Origin: Paraspadella gotoi
Lineage: Eukaryota; Animalia; Chaetognatha
Reading direction: 5' to 3'
Length of the DNA: 64,000 bases
Assembly: GCA_051294375.1 (NCBI GenBank)
Contig: CM119270.1
Location: forward strand, 13,867,316-13,931,315
Positions within the stretch are counted from its first letter, which is position 1, and the number at the start of each line of letters is the position of its first letter. Positions 37,301 through 49,400 of this stretch are shown here, piece after piece. A program made the translations under genes and the position numbers. The notes beneath the pieces are model-generated. The model saw only the letters and a list, made by a program, of their open reading frames with translations, searched no databases and was not told the origin of the DNA.

Positions 37301-40300
37301 GGACAGTCGTTAAACCGGTGGGCGACCGATATCGGCGGCGGCGTCGTCGACGAAGACGGCCCCGTAGTTTCGATGCCGCTTCGACCGGCAGGAGCCGCCC
37401 CATGACGGCCCTTTCCGCCACGAGGGGGCGCCATGCCGCAGGTTCTGTCCAGCCGAAGAAGAATGTCCCAAAAGTCCGCCAAGGCAGCTGCAGCGTCGGA
37501 GGCGGTGTCTGCGCGGCCGGCCGATCCCCTGGTGCCACGCGAGGTTGAGGGGGCGCCGGCGATGTCGGCGTCGGTCGAGGAGGCACTTTTGTTGAGGGAA
37601 GATGAAGGATCCTCTTCCTTCTTGGCGCCGGGCAGAAAATGCGTGGGGAAGCTCTTGGCCAGTGAGATCAAGGTGTCTGCGAAAGAACGAGGAAGCGTAA
37701 AAAGAATAAGGGAAGATTATAATTACAGCGGCGCTCGAGTCATAATTTACCAAGCACATGCTTGCAGACGACGGGCGACGCCTGAGGATTGACAGAGATG
37801 GCGTAACAGGAGAGGTCGTTGGCCGGAGTTCCATTCGCCGTTCGCTTCACCGATCGACCGTGAGAAGAAACTGAGAAGAGAGATTTCTTTTAAAAAATTG
37901 TTTTCTTCTCAATTCTTTCCGTTAAGTCATCCTAACCGGCTTCCCCTCCTCCATCCACTTGGAAGACGTTGGCACGACAACCCAGCGCCGCGTCGAGGGA
38001 GATTGTCAGCCACGACGAACCCGCCGTCGTCGTCGTCGCGGGCGGAGTCGGAGGAGGGAATGGTTTCGGACCTCCGGGTTCGACTCCGCCGACGCCTCCG
38101 GAAGGCGGATTGAAGGCGGGCGGGGAAGAGGCGCGGTTATTGCTCTGGTTGGCGGAAGACTTGACGCCCTTCCGCATGAAAGATTTGCTCTTCCCCCTCG
38201 CGTCTTCGGGGTCGTTGTCTTCGTCGCCCATCGGCCCCAGGAGGCGAGTAGGGGCATCGACCTTCCAGAGGAAAACGAAAAAGATCGTAATATTTTCGTT
38301 TTGACTCAACATCGTCGATTGTTATAAAGCATTGCCGATGAAATGGGAACCAAATATAGAATCGGATCGGCAACTCGGGTCAAATCCGCCGGAAGCTGGA
38401 TTCTGCTCTCTCATTGGACGAACCACCAGATGAAAAAGGAAAAAGGAAAAAACCTGCATGAGGGAGAACTGCTGATTTTGATTATCTCGTTCGCGACCCA
38501 ATTGCGTCTCTCTCGTGCGCTGAAGGATGGACAGGAGCGACCTAACGAGCCAAGCGCGAGTCGGCAGGTGGTAGCAGAGATTGCGGAACACGCGGTGAAG
38601 TCGGCTCACGTGAAGTTTAGGCTCATCGACGAATAAGAGAACCTTGTGGAGCAATTGTGAATGAAACAATATGAGTGAATGGAACGGAGAAAAGAAAAAA
38701 TAACAATAAGAACTCACTAATAGGCAAGTTAAAGCCTCGTAATCAAGGATCTGTCGCCCTCGTAGACGTAGCGACGAGACGGCGCTACTAAGGGCGCCAG
38801 AGTGTTGTCCAGCGGCGCTGCTCACACCTCCAGCACTTCGAGATGCGTTGCCCCAAACGCCCCAGGCGCCGCGACCGCCTTGGGGAGCGAAGGAACGGAT
38901 CGCGTAACGGTGGTGAGAACCGTGCCCTACGAGAAGTGTAAACGTTTAGAATTATTTTAATTATTAATTTAACTACATATAAATAAAGAGCAGATGGAGA
39001 AAATACTGAGTCGCACCCGAAGCGCCGCCAGAGTGAAGACCGCGGGGAATTAGACTACCGGAGAAAAGACGCTCCTGGTGAAAAGGAGGTGAGAAAAATT
39101 TAAAACGACAATCATCCTTGACTTAGACCTGACCTAGTGAACACGAACTCTCCCCTCCGTACCTGCATAATCTGCCGGTGGCGCTGCTCCATATCGCGCC
39201 GAAGCGTTCGAGCTTCGTTGGCGAGGTCGGGGGGAAGGATGGCCAGCACCGTATCGTCCATGTCGGAGAGGACTTGCTGCCGGAGGGTCGAAGGCAGAGA
39301 CTGGATGAAAGACGCCGGATCTGGAGAGGCAGATGCCGAGGATTGGAAGAAGAAAGGAAATGAAGGGAGGAAAGAAATGTGAGAAACGAGAAGAAAAAAA
39401 GTGAAAAAGGGAGTGAATACTCGATGTCGGAAAAGCGAAAAGCGGAGGAAGAAATAAACAAATGTCACCTTCTCCGGTCGGAGGAACCGCGACGGGATTT
39501 CCGGGCGCGGCACCAGTGGCGTCTAAGGCGGCCGCAGCGGAACCTATAGAATAGAAAACCAGGCTTATCAAAAATTATGTCATCATAACAAAACAACTGT
39601 ACTCGAAATGAAATAGCCTCGATATGTCACCTTCGCCGGCGTTGGAATCGCCGCTACGCGATGCTACGGCGGCTAGTCGCGCTTGCTCTGCCCTTTGCTG
39701 CGCCAAGACTTCTTCTTGGATGTTCGGAGGCAAAGCGGCTAAAAACTCCGGTGACACCTGGAAGAATCAGTCAGAGTTACTTTGATGAAACGAAAAGATA
39801 TTACAAGGAAAGCGGGTCTATGACTCCGACCTCGGTGGCCTCAGGCCCCAAAGAGGCGGCGGCCTGCGCCTGCTGCTGCGCGCGCTCCTGGATACGCTGG
39901 AGGCGCATCTGCTCTTGAATGACCTCCTGTCGAATGTTCTCGGGCAACGCTGCCAAGAAGGACGGATCGATGCCCTCGGGGATCGAGGGCTCGTCGCTGG
40001 TCACGGTGCCAGCGGAGACTAAAAGGAAGAGAGGAAATTGTAAAAATAAAAAGTCGGTGAAATCTTCCTAAATCCTTCCCTCCGCTCACCGTTGGCATCG
40101 GCGACCGCGGTGGTGGCCTCTCCGCCCATCGCCGCTCCTTCGTCTTCCTCATCGTCGTCTTCATCCTCGTCTTCGTCCTCGTCCTCTTCTTCCGTTGAAT
40201 TCAGTTCCATCTGGACGGCGGAGGCGGCGGGCGTCGGCGCCGCGTCCTGTGCAGATACCGGAACTCCGGACGCCGGCGAGGCCGAATCCCCGACTTCCGG

Positions 40301-43300
40301 TGGCGGAAGCGTCAGGAAATCGATGGAGACGGAAGTCGACAAATCGTCGGCCTGATTCGTTTTGTAGATTTTGATTTAACTTTTCATCGACCATCCCAAA
40401 ACCTATTTCCTTTTCTCTACCTGAGCCACTCCGGAAGAGGACGATGCGGTGGCGACGGTGGGCGGCAGCTGCGGCGTGTGCGTTCCCGAAGTGGGAGGAG
40501 GCGTGGCCGTCGCTGAATTCACAGATGACGTCAACGACGCTGTCATCAATGACAACGACGTCAGAAGATCGTTTCCGCTAAGGACGCCTGAAGGAAGGGT
40601 ATTGATGACGTCGCCATTGGATACAAAAACTCACAAAACAATTAGAATAATGAACAGATTACATTACATACAGAATACAAAGTACAAGAGATAATTCAAT
40701 CTACCACTCGGAATTCTCGGTTCTCACCTGCGACTCCAGCGACTCCTGGAGTCGACGGAAGATCCCCCTCAACAGAGAGAACAGAAGGTTCCTCGTCCGA
40801 GGGAGTTTGCTGCTCGGCGGCGGTCGACGGAGCTGGCGGGACAGCTGCTGATAGTAATGTCGACGGGCCCGTTACCGACGCTGCCGCGGCAGACGCCGAT
40901 GCGGCGGCGGATTCCGCGGTTGACAAGGAAGAAAGAAAACTCTCAGCGGTTTGCGATTCTGTTCGAAATATTTATAAAAACATTTGTTTTAAAATACGAA
41001 ACAAAATTTTTAAATCATTGCATCAAGGGCTCACCATCTGGACGTGTCCGCTGCTGCTGCTGTGGTTGCTGAAGGGGAGCGGACGGCGACGATTGCTGGA
41101 AAAGCATCGCCGGCGGTTCCTGAGACGGTCGAACGCCCAAATCCATGGCTGAGGACAAGGGAGATCGCGACGCGACTATAGTTTTCAAAGTTTAAAAATA
41201 TTGGGTTACGAAATATAAAAATATTGTGAAAAAAAGGGGACGTAAGGCAACCACCTAACGAATCGGCGCCGAAAGAAGAACCGGCGACGGGAGCGACGTC
41301 AGCCGACGAAGCAGCAGCGGGTGCTGCATCCGTCGTCGCCATGGGGAGAGGGTGCGGGTTCAGCCCGAAAAGTGTGGAGGCTGCGGTCCCAAAGCGAGCG
41401 AGCATGGGGTGAGGTGAGATGAGAAAGGAGTGATGGGAGGTGAGAAAGGGAAAACAATTAATTGACATTTTAGAAAAAAAAAAAAATTCATAATAGAGAT
41501 TGAAAAATCTCGCGCAGGGATGCAAAGAATTTCGAACAATACATGAAAATAAAAGGAGGAAAAAATAGGACTGAGAAAAGAGAATAAAACAGTGAGGTGT
41601 CTGTCAAAGGAATTAGATTGGACGACGGTGCGTCATTTCTTTTTATCCGCAAAAAATGTCATTCCCGTTATAAAGGCGTCCTACCAGTGAGGCCGACAGG
41701 CCGTAGCACCGCTTCCACGATGGAATGGGCGAGAAGATCAACTTGAACGGAAATAGGAGTGGGCGGGTTAACCCCCGCGTTGGAGTGATGGTGATGACCG
41801 GGAGAGGCGGTGATCACGGGCAAGATAGCGGCGGCGGAGGCGGTCGCCGCACCGCAGGGTTCGCTCGCGACGTTATGATGTAGCTGGTTATGGTGGTGTT
41901 GAGGGATCGAGAGGGCGGCGAGAGCGGAGCGATCGGAGGCGGCGCGTGAAGAAGGGACGACGACGGCGGAAGATACGGAGGAGGAGTTCAGCGGAGGCGG
42001 TCCGTACCCGTTCTCGCGGTACGGAGGTGGAGGCTCTTTTTTTATTTATTATTATTATCGTGAAACGCAAAGCGCGAAGGCGGCACGAAACGAAAAGAGT
42101 GAAAGGAAAAGCGAAGTGTGAGGAAAAGAAAAAAAGCGTGAGAGCGAGAGACAGTGATCGATGACCAGTCGAAAAGTGAATCGTGAAAAAGCGAAAACGA
42201 TGAGAAGTAGAAAAATGCAGTGAAAACTAAACTGAAGAGATAATTACCGGCAGCATCTTGAGAAACGGACGTAACATCGGATGGTGGCTCGACCGTCCCC
42301 ATCGTTGTTGTGGTCGACGTCGCGGTATCGTCACTAAAAAGCAAAAAGAAGCAACACAATACATTAGTAAAAGCAATTTGTTATTTAGACAAAAGTTAAA
42401 ACTTTGTGACACATCCTTATGGCTTTAAAATGGAATACGGTAAAACCCATGAGTTGTGGTCGCGCAGCTGTGAACTTTTCACTGATACGAAAAAGAGATT
42501 CTCTCTTTGGGACTTAATCTAAAACTTTAATCTCAAATCAATCAATTCTGACCCGATTAAGAACTTAATTCAACTCACCTTCTCGATACACTGAGGTGAA
42601 GCGAGTGATTGCTTTGCGCCGAATTTAGCAATGCCGAATTTTCAGTTCCTGCGTTCAAATTAGGAAAAACAATTTTAGTAACTCGTTTATCATTCTGACA
42701 TCGAGCAGGCCAATTGCTGATACTGACCGGCGACCGTCCTCGGAGTGGCGTCTTCCATTCCACCTTCCACGACGGTCTCAGCTTTCCTCTTCCTCTCTTC
42801 TCTTTCCTCCCTTTCCTCCTTCTCTTTCTTCTTTTTCTCTTCCTCCGACTGCTCCCGTCGTCGTCGCTCCTTTCGCTCCTTCAACTCTGTCTCTCGATGA
42901 CGCTCCAGTTCCTCCAGAATTTCTGGTTTTAGAACTGATGGGAAGAGGGAAGGGTTGGTGAAAGTGTGAGATCGAAAGAGACCATGACCCGAGCGATCCC
43001 TCTCACCTGTGAGGCAGTCGTGCATCGAATCCCCGTCCAACACTCTGGCTTCCTCCGCCCATCGAGAGAGGGCGGACTGGACGCCGGAAAGGATAGGGGC
43101 TGAGCCGGAAGCGGATCCTGGGGCGGCGAAGGATGCTATGCCCCCGGAGGCGCCGGACGCTTCACCCGTCGGATCGAAAACGAAGTCTTCCGGAAGAAGC
43201 TCCTCGTCGAAGACCCTGCTGTCGATCACGGTCACGTTGCTACTGAGGTCCGACGCAGCCGCTGCCGCTGCTTGGAGGAGGCGGAGGTCATTGGCGCTGA

Positions 43301-44434
43301 AGTGAAGTGAAGGGGGGGATGGAGGGGAAAACAATTTAAAAAGATATAAAGGTTTGATATCACAATTGATTGCGTTAGTAAATCACACATTCTTACTTGT
43401 CTCCGTTTCCAGCAAAGAGCAGGCGGGTGGCCCCTGAAAGTCCCTGCAAATCACCCCCTGCCAACTGGTTCGTCAACTGAAGAATCTCTTGTGCTCCTTG
43501 CGCCGCCATCATCCGGTATCCAGCGTTTCTTTGTCGAAAAGAAAAACGAAAATACATTTGAAAAGTACAAATTGAGATTAAATTTCTCAATCTCATTTAC
43601 ATATTGCAGTATTAAATATAAATGTGTCCATTTTCATTTTGGATTTTAATATTAGTTCTGTTTTACGGTTATCCAGTAGATAAATATAGTCTTTAGACTT
43701 TAGCAATGTTAATGATTAACAGGAGTTATAATTATATTTTAACTAATTAATTAATAATAATACTTGGACATTTTAGAGTTAACTTGCTCATGTCATATCA
43801 TACCGTTCTAGTTTTTTAGCCAAAAATCACCTGTGACTAGTAGCTGATCCACCGGCGCTGACGGTCCCGAGAATGTTACCGACGATCCCACCGGTGACGC
43901 GGCCGCCGATTCCACCTCGTCGCGACGACCCGAACATCGACGACGAAGAGGAATGTTGACCTGCGAGGGAAGAGAAAGGAATACATTTGATGTATTTGAT
44001 TATTTGATTAAAAGATAAAAACAAATTTCGTGTACTACTAACACAGCTATTCGAATATAGGGAGTCGTCTTTTCATACAATTGAAACATTCTTTGAAATA
44101 TTTTCCACTTCATTGATAGGGAAGCCAGGTACTCTGGGAGTGAATAAACGAGACTGTGAAAGAGTCTTGATTGAAAACTTGCAGGGACCTGCTATGTCAT
44201 TATCTTGTAAGAGTGATGGAGGCCTTAAACCACCAAAGCCTGTCCAAAGTCAGGGGCAAGATAGCTTATTTATTAAATGAATGGATAATTTTTATATTGG
44301 TTGTACCAATTTCATAGAATTAAATACGAATTTTAAATTCATTTCACAATCTCTATCCCTAAAACTGAAACACTCCTCACCTCTGACTACTATTCTTTCC
44401 CTCAATTCTTTGTTGGCTACTTTCTACTTTTTCT

Positions 44435-44486
<52 letters not shown>

Positions 44487-46372
44487 ATTATTATTATCCA
44501 AATTCAAAAATTGTCAAATCGCGCTGAAGAAGGTTCGAAAACAAGAACCGAAACATGTCAAACGATATAATTAAATAATCGTTGTATTAACTAAATCAAA
44601 ATAACTCTGTTACTTTGTCGCAAGAATTTTAAATAAAATTTTGTCTTGGTTTTAATTTTCCAAAGTATAATATTTTATTCTACGTTGTCTGCCTTATTCA
44701 AAGTAAGAATCGTCTCCCCTTCTACTCTTCTAACCGGCCAAGTGGGAATCGGCCCGACGCATGAGCAAGGGATGGGTGGCCAAGACAGCCTGGGGTGGGA
44801 TAGGGGGAACGGTGGCGGCGGCGGACTCGCCCCCTACGCCTCCATCCTCGCCGCCCGTGTTGTTGATGGTGATGGGCACGGCCTGGTATGTGCGCATGGT
44901 GCCTGAAGGAAAGGGAGGAGGAAAAGAGATGAGATTTGTTTTCATAAGAAAGAAATCTCTGCGTGGAACTGGTCGACAGACTGACCGGTTCCGGTGCCGA
45001 ACATGTCCTCCAAATGAATAAAGAGGTCGTCGTCGACGATGGCGCTTCCGACTTGATGACGAACGAATCCTCCGAGATCGAACTGCATGCCTCCGCTCTC
45101 TGAACAAGTTCAACGGAATGGATGAGTAAGTGAAACTAACTTCTCCCCCCCCCTAAAACCTAAAAACTCACCGTCGTAGTCGTACTCGTAGTCGTATTCG
45201 TAGGATCCGTCGTCTTCGCCGTCGTCGTCTTCGTCCTCGTTTTCTTCCTCTTCCTCGCCCTCTTGAGCGTCGTCCACATTGGCCACTTCCTCGTCAAAGG
45301 CGCCGTGGTCTTCTTCGTCGTCCTCATCGTCGTCTTCGTCATCGTCATCCGACGCGGAGGAACCCGAGTCTCCGTCTCCGTTTTCTGAGGACGAGGAAGG
45401 CCAAAATGATTAGTTCCGTTTTAGCGATTGAATAATTTAATTTAATATATTATTTATGAATTTATAAATAATTTAATCGTCTAAAGGTTTAATTAGTATG
45501 CCTCTCAGCATATAATATAGACCATTCAATTTCAAAAGAACAAAAGACAATTGTTACACAGTATTCTACGAGCTTGACAAAACAAAAAAAAAACCTCGAA
45601 AAATAAGGTAAATTGTAAAACTGTAAAACTTCGTTTCGTCTGAAATAGCTGAAATAAACGAATCACACTAGCTGCGGTCGTATCTTATCACTGAGTCGGG
45701 AGATGAGCGGCTGCGACGTTAGATCCTCTCGATCGAGTTGAGGGGGAAAGGGGCCAGGAGGAAGAGGGAAAGGGAAAAATGGAGACGCCTGGATTTTAAC
45801 GAACTTCAGAGGATACAATGAACGATCGACTCAGACGACCAAGGTCAGTCTCTTTTTCGACGGAGACCGAACCCTTTTGAAATTAAAGTCGAAAGCAGAG
45901 TTTGGCGAACGAGGCAGACTCTTTCAACTCTCATCCTGTTAAATCGAGATTGAGGCAATGTCAGCGCTAAAAAAATGTAAATAATTGATTGAAATGACGA
46001 CATTGAGTATTAAAAGTTAAGTTATGGTTAAAAGTAGGCGAGAAACCCGGTAATCCCAATCGGTGTTTAACGGATAAATGGAAGGGATGGGGTTGGGGTT
46101 CATGGAGACAAGAGATTGAGACAATGTAACAATGAGAGATATAAGCGATTCATTGAGTGGTAACTCTGAAGAAAAAATTGAGCTAAAATCTGGAGACTGA
46201 TTGGTGATGAAGAAACAGGTGATTGGTAAAAAATTAGTGTAGTAGAGATGATAAGTGACAGGTGAGTGGAAGTTGGAGATGGGTTCTCGGTAGGAGCACA
46301 CTGAGGTTATGATTGCAGATAGGGAGACTTATCGTCGAAACTTGGATCGAGAGAAGGGATCGAAGCTGAAGC

Positions 46373-46411
<39 letters not shown>

Positions 46412-49400
46412 TAATCAGCCGGCGTGGAAAAAGAACGTGCGCAACATAGGCCATCCAAAGGGATCGACTAAATCGGACCAAGCACATTCACTTTAAAAAT
46501 ACAAGTATTACATTTTTCGAAATCTCAACAAAATAAATAACAAAGAGCAAACGTAGGCATAATTTTGCTATTTAGGATGTATAAACCAGGTAAGTTTTCA
46601 ATATAATTCTAAGCAACTATATTGAAAATCTGAATGAAATATTACAGAATTTCTTTTCACTTGCAGATATCGACTCGCTGGCTGTTGAGAACGATCGCGA
46701 AGCCTTCGCTCAGACATTCATCGCTGGCGAAATTTAATCGATCCCTCCCGCGGAAAACGCGCAAATGAGGAGAGGTTGGGTTACTGAGAAGATCCTTGGG
46801 GCTTCGAAAGTGCGTATCCGTTTGGAAAAAAAAATCCTTGATCATAGATAACTCATATTTTAGATTTTAATATAATTAGAATAAAATGAACGAAGGATTA
46901 TTCGCGACCATTCCATTTTGTGTTCAGACGTCCGCGAAGAGAAATGATTTGAAACGTTAGTTGATGAACATTTAAGAAAAACAATGTCTCTCCGGCGCGT
47001 CTAAGAAACCACTGTCTTTTCAACTCGTCTCTTTCAAACCTGTTAACGATCTCTTTTCAAAACGATAAGAATAAACACAAACCACATAAAAAATTCAACA
47101 AACAAAACTCGTTAAAAATATTTTTCTCGCCCTCACAATAAGACAATACAAAAGAAATTCAACGGAAACCCGTCCCAAAATGGCGTGCTCCCGTGAAAGT
47201 CAGGAGAAGGACACGAAATTGGAAAGTGAAATCAAGGAAGAATTTTTGTCGTGCAAAATCTGCTACGAACCTTTCACGAGCCCCAAATCGCTCTCTTGTC
47301 TTCACACCTTTTGCGAAAAATGCTTGGAGGCGCATCTGTCAACCATCAGAACATATAAGTATATGCATGGGGTTTGACGTTCATAAGGGGGTGCAAGGAT
47401 TCGAAACCACGAAAAATTTTGCTGAAACTGCTGTTGCTATAAACTAAAAATATAGTCTAGGTTTTAGTTAATGCCGTGTGTGCTTTTCAATTGTTGGGGG
47501 GAAAAAACCATACCGATAAAGCACGGAGTGAATTTTGCCATTTTATTTCTCATCAACAAATTTTAATTAACCTCATCAACCTAGAAATAAAATAAAAACT
47601 TAACGCTGCCAACCCATACCACCTTGTCTGCACCTAGGTACTCGGACCATAGGGAGTTCCCATGCCCCATGTGCAGGAAGCGGACAACGCTTCCCTCAGG
47701 AGGCGTCCGCGCACTGCCCGACAACTTCCTCGTCAGCTCTCTCAACGAGCTAGTTTCTCGCCAACGCGTCACCAAACTTCCTTTCTGCGAAGTCTGCAAA
47801 CTCGTCAACAAAAAAGTCCAAGAGGCAAGTTTTTGTAGCTGAATTATCTGTATAAACCATAAGTTGAGATCATGATTAAACTTTAAATTGTATTTTATAG
47901 ATAACGTGTCTGATATTAAGTTTATATTTAAATTCCAAGGCTAAAGCGAAATGTGTCGAATGCAACAAACTTATGTGCAAGCCTTGCGTGGACAAACATG
48001 CAAAAACAAAAATAACGGCTAGCCACAATATGTTTGATATCGACATTGAAAAGGACATTGGATGCAAAGTACACCCGGAAGAAATGGTGAAGTATTTCTG
48101 CGAAAACTGTGAGACGTGTATATGTGTGCTCTGCACATTCCAAGAGCACGCCGATCACGATTTACTAAGTTTTCAAGAAGGAGTCACAAAGTACAGAGGA
48201 GATATGTACCGTCTCTTGAACAAATGTAAAAGCATGATTCACGGATACACTAAAATATCTGACGTGCTTCAGAAAACTGATGAAGTTATAAAGACGACGG
48301 AGAAGGAGATAAAAGATACATCTCACGCTTTTGTCGCTGCAATTCGTGCCAAAGAAAAACAGATGATAGACGAGTTACATAACGTATATGGGCAAGACGT
48401 TCTCGACTTTATTGCGAAGCGAGCGGACTTTGACATTACCCTTAACAATCTGGCAAGCACAACCCGCTTGGCTGACGTCATTATGAAAGGATCACCGATG
48501 GAGATGCTGCTCTTGAAAAAGGATGTCCAAGACAAATTGGAAGATCTTGCAGACTTATGTCCTCCGAGCTTGCCAGATAAAATCAACAAAAAAGTTATGT
48601 TCATTCAGGGATCAGTTCTGCTTGGATCCCTTGAATCTGGAGATGCATTAAAATCACTCGGTATTAGTGCATTTACAGAAAAGAGGCCACGGAATAGAGA
48701 GGTGCAGACTGACCCAATGTGGATCCACGATCTCACTGATGAAGATGGAGAACCTGTGGCCCCTTCCATAAAGATAGAGTACGTAGAGCGATATCAGGAA
48801 GAATCTCAAACTGATCCAATAGAGACGAGGCATATGTGGTCTCAAACCAAAGACGACTTGGAAATGGACGATGTCTGGTGCCAGACAGGTGAGGATGATT
48901 ATGGATTTTTTGATGATGAGGCATTATGGTATTACAATGAGAAAGCATGGTACCAAAAGGATTTGGAGGATGAAACTGTTCAAACTGACCCAGTTGATAT
49001 AATGAGTGAAATAATACATAAATTGGATTATGATATAGAATTTAGGAAAAATTTATTAAATTCAAAATTGAATTTTTTCAAACCTAAGATGGTGGACACA
49101 GCAACTCAGTTGACTCCAGAAAAAATTAAAACTCATGCAAGAGCTGTACAAGCTACAATTATTGGACAGTCAACAGGAAAAATAGAAACAAAGAAACATC
49201 AGATGATACAAACTCAACTAATTGGAGATGCGTTAGGAACAAAAGGAAAAGAGTTTAACACTCAATCAGCGCAATGCGACAAAACTATTTTGAAAGATTC
49301 AGGAGTTCAAGTTATTGAAGTTGGGGATCCATTAGGAACAAAAAGGGAATTTAAGGACGCGTCAGTTCAAATTGAAGGGGATCCACAAGAAAAAGATTCC

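Noticed and set aside
42579-42590. Apparent 12-nt HUWE1 micro-exon
   Set aside because: Phases fit only the longer exon 42648-42579 ([23 protein letters not shown])
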